Shown here in pieces: positions 7,519-19,500 of a DNA stretch of 64,000 bases. Positions within the stretch are counted from its first letter, which is position 1, and the number at the start of each line of letters is the position of its first letter. Origin of the DNA: Nanobdellota archaeon. Lineage in GTDB: Archaea > Nanobdellota > Nanobdellia > Woesearchaeales > DATDXC01. The notes beneath the pieces are model-generated. The model worked only from the letters and a program-made list of their open reading frames with translations, was not told the origin of the DNA and searched no databases. The translations under genes were made by a program, and so were the position numbers. The stretch lies in contig JBDRFR010000069.1 of the NCBI GenBank assembly GCA_043818675.1, positions 14,877-78,876 of the forward strand, written 5' to 3'.

Positions 7519-10500
7519 TTGATTATGGCTGCTAGTTGGTTGAATAAAGCAGGGAAAAGTAAGGTTTTGGTAGCTTTAGCTTTGTTTTGCTTACTGTTAG
7601 GGATGTTTGGCGTAGGGTTATATAATGTAGGAGCCAGTCAAGACGAACTACTAATTGAAAGAGAGAACTTGATTAATGAGTTAGGGAATTATTCATATTT
7701 ACTAAACACATCACTTAAGATTGATCATATATTTGTTGAGAATTATTCTTGTTCTTCAGTTGGATATCATACTGTTAAGGTTTTGACAGAAGGAGTGCAT
7801 GATCAATTATTTAAGTTTGGTGATGTTAATGCGTCAGCGCATAATCTGGCAACGTATTCATCCAGTATAACCAATAACACGATAATATGGTATCATTTCA
7901 ATAATGATTCTTCTGTATATGAGAATTATGGAACTGAAGAGTTAACTGCAGAAGATAGTATGGTTTTATTATTCCACTTTAACAATGATTCTAGTGTTGG
8001 TGAGAATGATACGCATGTTTATGATTTTTCAGGGAATGGGAATAATGGAACTGTGACAGGTGCTGTTTATAATTCTAGTGGGAAGTTGAATGGAGCGTTT
8101 GAGTTTGATGGTGATGGGGATTATGTTGGAACAAATTTTAATACAGATATCCAGAACTTTACTGTTTCTGTTTGGGCTAAAAGTCTGTCTGCTCCAACAA
8201 CAGGGGGTGTATATACAGCGGTTCTAGGAAGGGAGGAGAATTTTATTATTTACTGGGATGCTACAAGTGGCACATTTGATGCTACTGTTGCTTATAGGAA
8301 TTCAGCGGTTGGATGGACAGCTTCTGATTTTGGTCCTGTAAGTGCGAATGTATGGTATCATATTGTTGGGACTTACAATGGAACTACTTTGATTACTTAT
8401 AGAGATGGTGTTGAAATAGACACTTCTACATTTGGAGTTCCTCAGAGTACTTCTGATATGTTAGCAATAGGGGATTCTAGGGTTGGAGCAGGAAATTATT
8501 TCAACGGCTCAATAGACGAAGTAGCAATCTGGAACAGAAGCTTATCCGCAGCAGAAATAAAAGGCATTTACATGAGAGGGCTACCTGCACATGTTTATGA
8601 TTACTCACAATATAATAATCATATAAAAGCCAACAAAACTGATCCGTTTGAGCCAACCTTTACAGCAGCAGGTAAATATAATGGAGCGTTGGAGTTCTCA
8701 AAAGATGATTATCTAATTAAGGACAATTTCACATTAGTCGGCGGAAACGGAACAATATCATTCTGGTTCAAGCTCAAAAATAATTATGATTCAGCCAAAG
8801 ATAAACATATGATACCTTGGGAATACAGGGAAGATGATACCCCAAATAAAATGGTCATCAGGTTTGACGCAGGGACTGGCCAGTTAAGGCTTATAACATA
8901 TCCAGGTTCAGATGTACTGACAGATTCAGATGCAACTTCTTGGACAGCAGGTGTCTGGCATCATGTTGCATGGGTACATAACACTACCCATACTGTGATG
9001 TATGTAGATAATGTGTTACAGTCTGATGTTGACACAGCAACAGTTTGGTGGAATGACTTTGCAACAGAAAATAGTACGCTGTATATTGGAGCCGAATATT
9101 ATAGTGGAAAAATACAAAGTTACTTCAACGGAACAATAGACGAATTTATGTTATTTAACAGAAGCTTATCAGCAGCTGAAATATCAGACCTTTATGGTGG
9201 AAAAGCAATAACAGGATTGACTATATGGGATGATTCTGATAACAAGAAAGTATACGCAAATTACACTAAATTCTATGCAGACTATAATGACTCAAGCGCT
9301 AAGACAGCCATATACGGCGGCGGAAGATGGTGCGAGTTTGCGTTTAATAAGACAAACCTAGACTGGAGCATATATACCTACATCAATATGACCTTTAACC
9401 CCAACACATTAAGATATGAATTGATAGCCGATGGCGGTTATTTCAATAACCAGACAGAAAAACACATAGATGGTATGCCAGCTGGACAGTATTATTATAA
9501 TATATCCTGCTATGATGAGACTGGAGTTTATCAGAATGTTTCAGTTGTTGATTTTGTTAATGTTTCTGAATATGATACAGGTTTAGGTATTACGACAAGT
9601 GTTACTGCGCCTGATGTTAACCAAAATGTTATTTTTTATGCAAACTATTCAAGAAATGATGTTTGGGATGTTGATAATTGGGTTTACGGTAATGAGATTG
9701 GGAGGGTTGTGTGGAATAGTAGTTCTATAGGTAATGAAAGATATTATGATGCTATCCCGGCAGTGTTTGTTGATTTTGACAACGATGGTAAAAAAGATGA
9801 ATTTGTTATCTCTGATGGTAACTCAGGGACAATATATCCTTTTTATTCAAACGGTTCACAAATGGAATGGACAAACACACAACAAGGATATGACTCTGCA
9901 GAAATATCTGTTGGAGATTTGGATAGGGATGGTTATGAAAATGAGATAGCAGTTGGAGATTGGCTGAGCGGAACAAGTGATGTGATAATAATTAATGAGA
10001 CAGGTGCAACAGTCTGGTCAGCTGTGAGTAATGGACAGCCAATATATGCTATTGAAATTGATGATTTAGAAAATGACGGATCTCCAGAAGTTGTATTCGC
10101 TAAGACTACAGTCTTAAGCGTCTATAATATGACTGGCTCAGAAATTTGGAATTATACTCTGCCAAATTATGCTTTGGAAATAAGAATGGCGGATGTTGTG
10201 GGGAATGAAAATAAAGAGATTATTGTAGCTACTGCTTATGGGGATAAATTGATGGTATTTAATTCCTCCGGTACTAATTTATGGAACTATACTAATGGAA
10301 ATGATCCGATTTCGATTGCATTCGCAGATATTGACCATGATGGTGTTGATAACATTATTACAGGGATGAGGACCGGAAACCAAGTATATGCAATGAATGG
10401 TTCAGGATCTATGCTTTGGGGAGGGAGTAGTCTTAGCGGAGTTGCCGGACAGATAAATGAGCTTGCCACTATGGATTTGGATGGGGATGGGTATGAAGAT

Positions 10501-13500
10501 GACATTGTGGTCGGAGACCAAGCTGCTGTTAAAGGATATGATAACGATTCAACCAATCTATGGAATTTTAATTTACCCTCGGATGATATATCCTCAATCT
10601 CCGTAGGAGACATCGATAGCGATGGTGATAAGGAGATTATTGCAGGGGGCCTTACAGACGGTACAGTATGGGTACTTAATAGAACTGGCAGCTTAGAATT
10701 TAGCTATAAAATTGGAACCGGCCATATTGGAAATACCTTCTATGCAAGCTCTCCATCAACTGATATTTCTGATGTTAATAATGATGGAATAAATGATATA
10801 GGTGTTGGTATCTATCTAACTAGTGATGATAGTTATGGATATATCTTCCAGGACGTCTCCTGCACAATAAAATTCAACGATTCTGCAACTATTTATAACA
10901 TGACATGGGATTACGTTACTGACAAATGGAATTACTCAAGAACGTTTTCGAATAATGTTGTCTATGCATATAATGTAACCTGCAGTAAAGGTGGCTATGT
11001 AACTCAAATCCAGGAATCAACAGTTGATTTAACACAGACCTTAATAATATGGGACGACTCTAACTCAAAAGTAACATATGCAAATTACACCAAATTTTAT
11101 GCAAATTACACCAAATCAAACGGAACCCCATTGACAGGCAGCGGTGAATGGTGCGAGTTTGCATTCAATAAAACAGGCCTTAACTGGAGCTTTTATACCG
11201 CCTATAACATGAGCTATAATCCAACTACAAAATTATACGAGATAATTGCTGATGGCGGCTATATTAAAAATAACACAGAATCGCATATTGGCGGGATGCC
11301 TGTTGGCAATTATAGCTTTAATATTTCCTGCTATGGCGGCAAAAACTTAACAGCAACAGACACAGTAAATGTTGCTAAGTATGATACAGGTTTATCTTTA
11401 ACACAGTCAAATGTTCATGCTGATATTAACACAGATGTTGAGTTCTTTGCTAATTACACAAGAGATACTGTATGGAATGTGGACAACTGGTTCAGAGATT
11501 CAGGAGAAATTGGCAGAGTTATATGGAATAGCAGTGATGTTGGAAACAGTCTTGTTGCACTAAGACCAGCTGACTTATCTAATGACGGATATCTGTCTGA
11601 TATAGTTACAGTAAATGACTACAAGATTATTGCACACTATCAAAACGGATCAGTAAGGTGGACTTTTTCAACTGGAGTTATCCAACAGGCAGGATCCTTA
11701 AACATTGTCAATCTGGATAACGACGGATTTAAAGATGATATAATTACAAAATTCTCTTATAACATATTTGTCCTTAATAAGACTGGTGATCAACTAAACA
11801 AAACAACTGTTGCAGACGGCGGTTGGGGAATTGGAGTTGCTGGTGATGCAAATAATGACGGAATAGAAGATGAGTTAGTAGTATCAGGCGTAAATTCTAA
11901 TCCGGCAATATTATACAATATATCTAACAGCGGACTTTCTGTTGTTAAACAATGGAATTTTTCAGTACCAGATGATATGAGGGAAGTAATATTCGGAGAT
12001 TTTGACTCAGACGGTTTGGATGATGATTTTGCAATTAGTGGAGTTGATTCAGGAAAAGGAACTTATGTTTATAAATGGAACGGGACAAATTTATTTAATG
12101 TAACTTATGGTGGACTTGCTATTGCCAAAGCTGATATTGACCATGATGGTTTTGAAGATGATATAGTGATTGCAGAAAACGGCAATTATCTTGTTTATTC
12201 TTTTAATGGAAGCTATAATACAAAATACACAAGCACAGATGAAGCAATGGTATACAATACAGATCCAATATCAGTATCCGCAGAGATGATTGTACTGGAT
12301 TTGGATTCAGACGGATTTAATGATGACATCATACTGGGAGATAGAGGCGGAGCAGCTGGACCTGGAATTGTCTGGGCATTTGACAACAATAGTATTGGAT
12401 TGTGGAATATCACATTACCTGCAAACGGAGATGATGATTACATCTATTCCATGGTCGTTGATGATTTTAATAACGATGGTAAACAAGAATTGATCTTTTC
12501 CAGTGAAGAGTTTGATAAAGTTTATGTTGCCAATCTGTCAGGATATGTACTTTGGGACCAGATCATTGGACAAGGAGATATCTCAGTGATTAAAGGAAAA
12601 TCTCCTGGCATCATAAGTATTGACATAAATAAAGATGGAATTTCTGATTTTGCGACCGCTTCCGCAAATGGTTTTGTCCATGTTCTGCAGGACGTATCCT
12701 GCACAATCCAATATGAATCAGAAGGTGGAGAGATTAACAGGACTGGTCAGAATTGGGAAAATGGTTTAGTTGCTCTATATCATTTTAATAATGAGTCTGC
12801 ATATGGCGAAACAACTGTTGGAGTTAATAATGTAACGTATGACTTTGCACCAGGTCACTGTTATGATAACGAAACAGAAATACTAACTAATGAAGGCTGG
12901 AAATTATTTTCAAAATTAAATAAAACTGAGCAAGTAGCAACATTAAATCAGGAAACAAAAGAATTGGAATGGCAGCATCCAATGGAATATCAAGAGTTTG
13001 ATTATGACAATGATATGTATAAGATTATATTGGAGGATGGATCAGATTTACTTGTTTCAGAAAAACATAGGGTTTATGGAAAATCAGTAAGCATCATCGT
13101 GATGAGTGAAATCTTCAAAGATGATCTTATTTTCTCTGACCTGGAAAGTCAGGACAAAATGCCCCACATGAACTCTTTTGAGATGGCTCAAATCCCCTTT
13201 GAGGTTCTTAAGGTGATTGATGGTGACAATATCCATTTCAGAAATTTGGATAATTTTTCTACTCAAAGCTTTGAAGAGAACAGGGTCTTTTCTCTTAATC
13301 TTGATCAGAGCCTTATCAATCTTGGAAATGTCAATATTCATAATTCATCCAGCCACTTTTTTAGTTCTTCGGGAGTCATTGCCTTGCCTTTAGCTGGGTC
13401 TTTAGATATTTTCTTTAACTTTTCTATGAACTCAGGCTTCATAGGAAATTCATCTAATGGATGCCAGTCAATAGATTCACAAAACTGCTCATCTTCCCTA

Positions 13501-16500
13501 GTTAGTTTCCTTGATACACGAAATTCTTCAAATATTCTTCGCTTGTTCAATTCCTCTCTAGCTGCTTCAGACCAGTTTATCCATGGAAATGCTTCAATTC
13601 TTGCCTTAAAGGATTTGTCTACAGGATATATTATACTAGCCATTTATAATTCACCCCTTGCCCTTAATTTTTCTAATGCTTCTAATTTCTTAAGCACACC
13701 CTGTTTTGCAACTTCAGACCAATTAATGTCAGGATGCTTGTCTAACTTTGCCTTAAAATCATCAGGTACTGATATAGTAAACCTTTCCATTTTTGATGCC
13801 TCCTGGATGATACAAGATAATAAAATTTTGGGTTCATCCAACAATTGTATTACTAAACACAATTGTGTTTATAAATCTTTTGATAATTTCAAGTTGATGC
13901 CTATAACTGATGCGTATGGGCTAATCAATTCAGGAAAACAGGTTTATTTCCTGGATGGTTTTAATAATGAGGTTAAAGTTAAGTCGATTGTTAAAGAAAA
14001 GTACAATGGCAGAATATATGATGTCGATGTAAAAAATGATGTTGTTTTGGTAAGAAGGATTGATAGGAATAATCGCACAAATAATTATGATAAAAAAGCC
14101 ACGCAAGCAGGAAAAAATTCATGCCACAATTCTGGGAAATATTGTTATGATAAAAGGACTAAGGAAAACTTCTTTTCTGAAAATGAGGATGGTTTGGGTA
14201 TATTGAGTGAGAGGGGTTATGAAACTAATTATTATGGTATATGGTCTGGGAATAGCAATAACGGAACTATTTATGGTGCTACAGTTGATATGACTGGTGG
14301 GAAGTGGAATGGGAGTTTGGAGTTTGATGGGGCGGGGGATTATGTTGATGCTGGAGATACATTTGATATGGGAACAAATGATCTGTCATTATCTGTATGG
14401 TTTAAAACATCTGATAGTGGTTCAAAAATTAAAACAATTATTTCAAAATCTTATGCATGGGATACAGGTGCATATAATTTGATTATTACTGCTGGTAATA
14501 ATCTAAGACTTCATGCTGAGAATAATACTGGTCAGGGTGAAGTAGATATAATAAGTCCTCTAACTTATACTGATGGACAATGGCATCATGCAGTAGGTAT
14601 TTTTGATAGAGATAAAAATGCAATATTATATGTTGATGGATCTGAAGTTGGTTCAACAACAATGGCAAATATTCTTAATCAGGATCTGGATACTACCTAT
14701 TCATTTAGAATTGGAATGTCACATTGGAATAGTTGGCCCAGACCTTTCAACGGCTCAATAGACGAAGTTGCAATTTGGAACAGAAGTCTTTCTGAATCTG
14801 AAGTCTGGGACTTGTACATGTCGTCAGCACCAAAATATAACATGACATGGGACTATACAAGAAAGAAATGGAACCATACAAAACAGTTCACTTCATACGG
14901 TAATTATACTTACGGAATAACATGCGAAAAAGGCGGCTACACAACCCAAAGAAGCTCAAGTTATGTTGATCTAACCCAATCATTAACAATATGGGATGAT
15001 TCTGATTCAAAAACAGCCTATGCAAATTACACCAAATTTTATGCAAATTACATAAGATCAAACGGAACAGCAATGAACGGAAACTATTGGTGCGAGTTTA
15101 AGTTCAATAAGACAGGCAGATGGACAAAACCAGTCAATATGAGCTTTAATCCAGTAAGCTTACAATATGAAATAATTGCTGATGGCGGATATATTCAGAA
15201 TTCAACTGAAACGCATATTGACGGGATGCCTACTGGAAATTACAGTTACAATATCTCCTGTTATGGTGGTGAATATAAATCACTAACAGATACTGTAAAT
15301 ATAGCAAAATATGATACTGCACTTGCTTTAACCCAAACAAACATCCATCCAAATACCTATTCAGATGTTGAGTTCTTTGCTAATTACACAAGGGCTACTG
15401 TATGGGATGTAGACAACTGGTGGTGGGATACAACTGAGATTGGGAGGGTGGTTTGGAATACAAGTGCTCTTGGAGGGAGTTCACATACTGTTGATTTCTT
15501 TGATTGTTTGAATAGTGGAAAGAAAAATTGCCTTGCGACCACAGAATATTCTGATATCTGGATGTTTTATCCAAATGGAACACAGATTACAGCATCTGGA
15601 ACTGCCTCAAATCCAGGAGGAGATTTATTAGATGCTAATGTTTTTGACGGAGATGGAGATGGTTATGAAAATGAGGTTCTTATTGTTGGAGATAATAATC
15701 AGGTTTTAGTTGTTAACGAGACAAGAAATACTGTGTATACCTATACTGCTGGAGGAGATATTTTTTCTGTTGTTGGAGCTGATTTAGATAACGATGGAGT
15801 CAAAGATGATTTTGTTATTGGTGCTTATACTGGGTCTGTTTATCAGGTCATGGCATTTAATACTTCTGATGGAGTTAATTGGGTGAATTTTTGGAACGGA
15901 ACTGTTGGAGGAGTTATTCAGGAAATGGTTATTGGTGACTTTGATAGAGATGGAAGGGAGATTGATGTTGCTGCTACAGGGACTTCGAATGGAAATGTTA
16001 CTGTTTTTGTTGGGGATAATGGAACATTGATATTTAGTACTGTTGACCTTGGGGCATTATCTTCACTTACAGTGTCTGATTTGAATCATGATAATTACAA
16101 TGATGAGATAATCGTGGGGGAGACGGGTGCCACTAGGGTTCTTGCGTTTAGGTGGAATGGGACATGGGGAGCAGAAATGCAAGATACAGACAATGATACT
16201 AATGGTTGGCTTTGGTCAAACACTCTTCCAACATACAGTATTACTGAAATTGATACTTTTGATGCAGATTTAGATGGTTACAAAGATGAGATTATTTTTG
16301 AAGATGGAGGCAGTTCATCAAACTCAAAAATTTGGGCAGTGGATGAAGAGGGCAACTACTTGTGGAATTTTACATGGGGGAACACAATTGATGTTTCATA
16401 TAGTCTTAATGTTGCTGATGTGAATAACGATGGAAAGGATGAGATAATTTTTGGACCTAGGAATGCTGCTACATTGTATGTTTTGAATATCTCTGGAGAT

Positions 16501-19500
16501 TTATTGTGGAGTTATCCTCTTAATCAGGGTTGGATTGGTAATGCTTATGGAACTTCTCCAGGGATAGATATTTCAGATTTGAATAATGATGGTATAAATG
16601 ATATTGTAGTTTCAACTAATACTGTGGGTTATAAATATATTTTCCAAGACGCTAAATGCTCAATCCAATACGAATCAGAAGGCGGGGAGATTAACAGAAC
16701 AGGTCAGAATTGGGAAAATGGTTTAGTTGCTTTATTTCATTTTAATAATGAAAGTGCATATGGCGAAAACAGCAGCTATATTTATGATTTCTCAGGTAAT
16801 GATAACAATGGAAGTTGTACAGGTACAACATGCCCAACCTTTGATACAACTAGTGGAAAGTGGAATGGTAGTTTTGAGTTTGATGGCGTGGATGATTATG
16901 TTGCAATGTCTCAGGATGATAGTCTAAATTTTTCAGGAGATAGTGAGATTACCATTTCCTTTTGGGCTAAACTTGTATCAGCAGATAATAGGCATGCTGT
17001 TATTGGGGCGTGGGATGGTGAGTCTGGTTCTACTTCTGCTTATCTCTATATGGACAATTCTGGAGCTAATGGAATTATTATCAAGAATACAATAGGAGGT
17101 GATACTGGAATTAGAACATCAAGCACATCTTTTAATTTAAACACTTGGTACCACATAGTTTATACTTTTAATGGTGTCTTAGAGACAGTCTATCAAGATG
17201 GCACTCAAATTGATACAAATGATATAAGTGGAACCATGCGTAATAATGGTGAGACAGGTCCTTGGGTAGGTCATGCAATGAATGATGGAACAACTCCAGT
17301 ATATTTCAACGGCTCAATCGATGAAATCGCAATCTGGAACAGATCATTATCCGCATCAGAAGTTTGGGATTTGTATATGTCATCAGCACCAAAATATAAC
17401 ATGACATGGGACTATACAAGAAAGAAATGGAACCATACAAAACAGTTCACTTCATACGGTAATTATACTTACGGAATAACTTGCGAGAAAGGCGGATATA
17501 CAACTCAAAGAAGCTCAAGCTATGTTGATCTGACTCAGTCATTAACTATATGGGATGATTCCGATTCAAAAACAGTCTACGCAAATTACACCAAATTTTA
17601 TGCAAATTACAAAAGATCAAACGGAACCGCATTGAACGGTAATTATTGGTGCGAGTTTAAGTTCAATAAAACAGGTATATGGACAAAACCAATCAACATG
17701 AGCTTTAATCCGGTTTCCCTACAGTATGAGGTAATAGCAGATGGTGGATATATCCAAAACTCAACTGAATATCACATTGACGGTATGCCAAACGGTTATT
17801 ATGGGTATAATATAACATGTTACGGTGGTGATTATAAATCATTAACAGATATGGTCAATGTTTCTTTATATAATACAACTTTGGGAGTCAGCAGGAATAA
17901 TCTTGCGCCAGAGGTGAACGTTGTTACAACATTTTATGCAAACTATACAAGAAATGATGTATGGGATGTTGATAACTGGAAATTGGGACATGAGATTGGG
18001 AGGGTTGTTTGGAATACTAGTTGTCCAACATGCGGCAGTGTTTCTGCTATACCTGAATTTGTAGACTTCAATGAAGACGGTAAGAAAAGTGAATTATTCA
18101 TTCTTGCTGATGGTTTCCCTTATGCTATTTCAAGTAATGGTTCTAAGATCTGGACAAGTTCAACAGAGAGATATGTTCCTAGCCAAGCAGTAGCTTTTGA
18201 TGGAAATGGAGATGGATATGATAATTATGTTGTTGCAGTTGAGGATGTAAATTCTGGTTCAGGTATACGTGTGTATAACAGTACAGGGAATATCATTTGG
18301 GAATGCGGCTTTCCCGGAGACTTTATGTCTGTTGTTGCAACTGACTTAGATAATGATGGAAAGAAAGATGATTTTGTTGTAATTGATACATATACTCCTG
18401 TGGGTAATGTTTCCGCATATACTACTACTAACGGGCAAACATGGGTGATTAATTGGAGCCATATATTTCCAGCGACTAATACCGCAGATGGATCTATTAA
18501 GATAGGAGATTTAGACAACGATGGAAAAAAAGATGATTTTGCAATTGCAGGTGTGGAATATACGATTGCCCTAAATGAAACTGGAGGCGTTATATGGAAC
18601 ACAACTGACTTAGTTGATAGAGTAAATGGTGTTGGAATTGGAGATTTTGACCATGATGGTTATGAAGATGATGTGATTGTAGGGAATAGGGGATATTTAT
18701 ACATCTTCACTTTTAATGGAACTTATGGAGTTACATATACTACAAATGATGCAATTGCATCTTCTTCCTACCCTAACAGTGGAACACAATCAACTGTTAC
18801 TAGTATAGTTGTATTTGATTTGAATAATAATGGATTTAAAGATTCATTTGCTTTATCAGACATAACATATGATTCCATAGGTGTTTTTGACAACAATACT
18901 AATAATGTTTGGTTCCACAATACAAATGATTTTGGTGATGGAAGCATAGATGTAAATACTGTACGGGCAAGTGATTTTAATAATGATGGCAAAGATGAAC
19001 TGATGTTTGGTGCAGATAACGGGCTTATATATATTTTTAACAGCACAGGTTCTCTTTTGTGGAAATATGTTTTGATAGATCACGTGGGGGAGTCTTCTAG
19101 AGAGGATGCCGTTAAATCAGGCGACATCAATAATGATGGAATCTCTGATTTTGTAGCTGTCACTGTGAATTCTTACACTTACATATTCCAAGACGTATCC
19201 TGTTTCATAAGATTCAACGATTCAACATCAGTCTACAACATGACCTGGAACATAACTTTAGACAAATGGCAGTACCAAAGGACATTTCCTGACGTATCAA
19301 GATATAAATACAACATCACCTGCTCAAAAGGCGGATACATTACACAGTTTACAAACACTTCTTTTGCAACAGAAGACGGAAACCCAAGATGGAGTTCAAA
19401 TAAGACTAACCTAACAAGAAATTCACCATATTTAGCAGATGTCCATTTCAACATTACATTAAATGACATCAATCCAGCATCATACATATTCAGCTGGTAT

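Larger units (their letters stand above)
12847..14244 (+). mobile_element. Hint/intein-like insertion (1,398 nt) carrying an antisense toxin-antitoxin cassette
   Basis: The insertion is delimited against intact sister LamG copies (NNVTYDFSGNGNNGTIYGAT at approx 23620 and YDFSGNDNNGS at approx 16790). It starts APGH-CYDNETEILTNEGW (Cys codon 1781 at 12859) and ends ...YETNYYGIW before SGNSNNGT. An 8-nt TCTGGGAA occurs at both 14131 and 14245. Confidence 0.65.
12760..14815 (+). other. LamG domain 3, interrupted by the Hint-like insertion
   Basis: N part VALYHFNNESAYGETTVGVNNVTYDF (to 12846). C part resumes at 14245 with SGNSNNGTIYGATVDMTGGKWNGSLEFDGAGDYV...FNGSIDEVAIWNRSLSESEVWDLY. Confidence 0.8.

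Noticed and set aside
7218-7535. 105-aa plus-strand ORF bridging the nuclease gene and the giant gene start.
   Set aside because: No recognisable motif. It overlaps both neighbours and would run through the giant gene SD and start. More likely this is the untranslated leader or promoter region of the giant gene. I cannot exclude a small protein.
13791-13862. 24-codon N-terminal extension of the first antitoxin ORF in the track (MCLVIQLLDEPKILLSCIIQEASK).
   Set aside because: An internal ATG at 13790 has a GGAGG SD and yields a complete RHH fold. The extension would cover the palindrome and TATA-like element.
12859-14130. Calling the insertion a canonical, splicing-competent intein (C1781...CHN|S).
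   Set aside because: The His-Asn is not where block G predicts it (VVLV is followed by RR). The residues before CHN are polar rather than a beta-strand. Extra non-LamG residues flank both sides (APGH, and 38 codons after CHN). I therefore call it only Hint/intein-like.
14121-14139. ATGCCACAATTCTGGGAAA at the 3' end of the Hint insertion matches ATGCCACGATTCTGGGAAA at 7383-7401 (18/19) just upstream of the giant gene start, with patchy similarity beyond. This hinted that the insertion flank derives from the gene's own leader.
   Set aside because: A single 18/19 match is about what chance can give among all position pairs in 64 kb. The extended similarity is weak and needs gaps. It is worth a formal local alignment but not claimable by eye.
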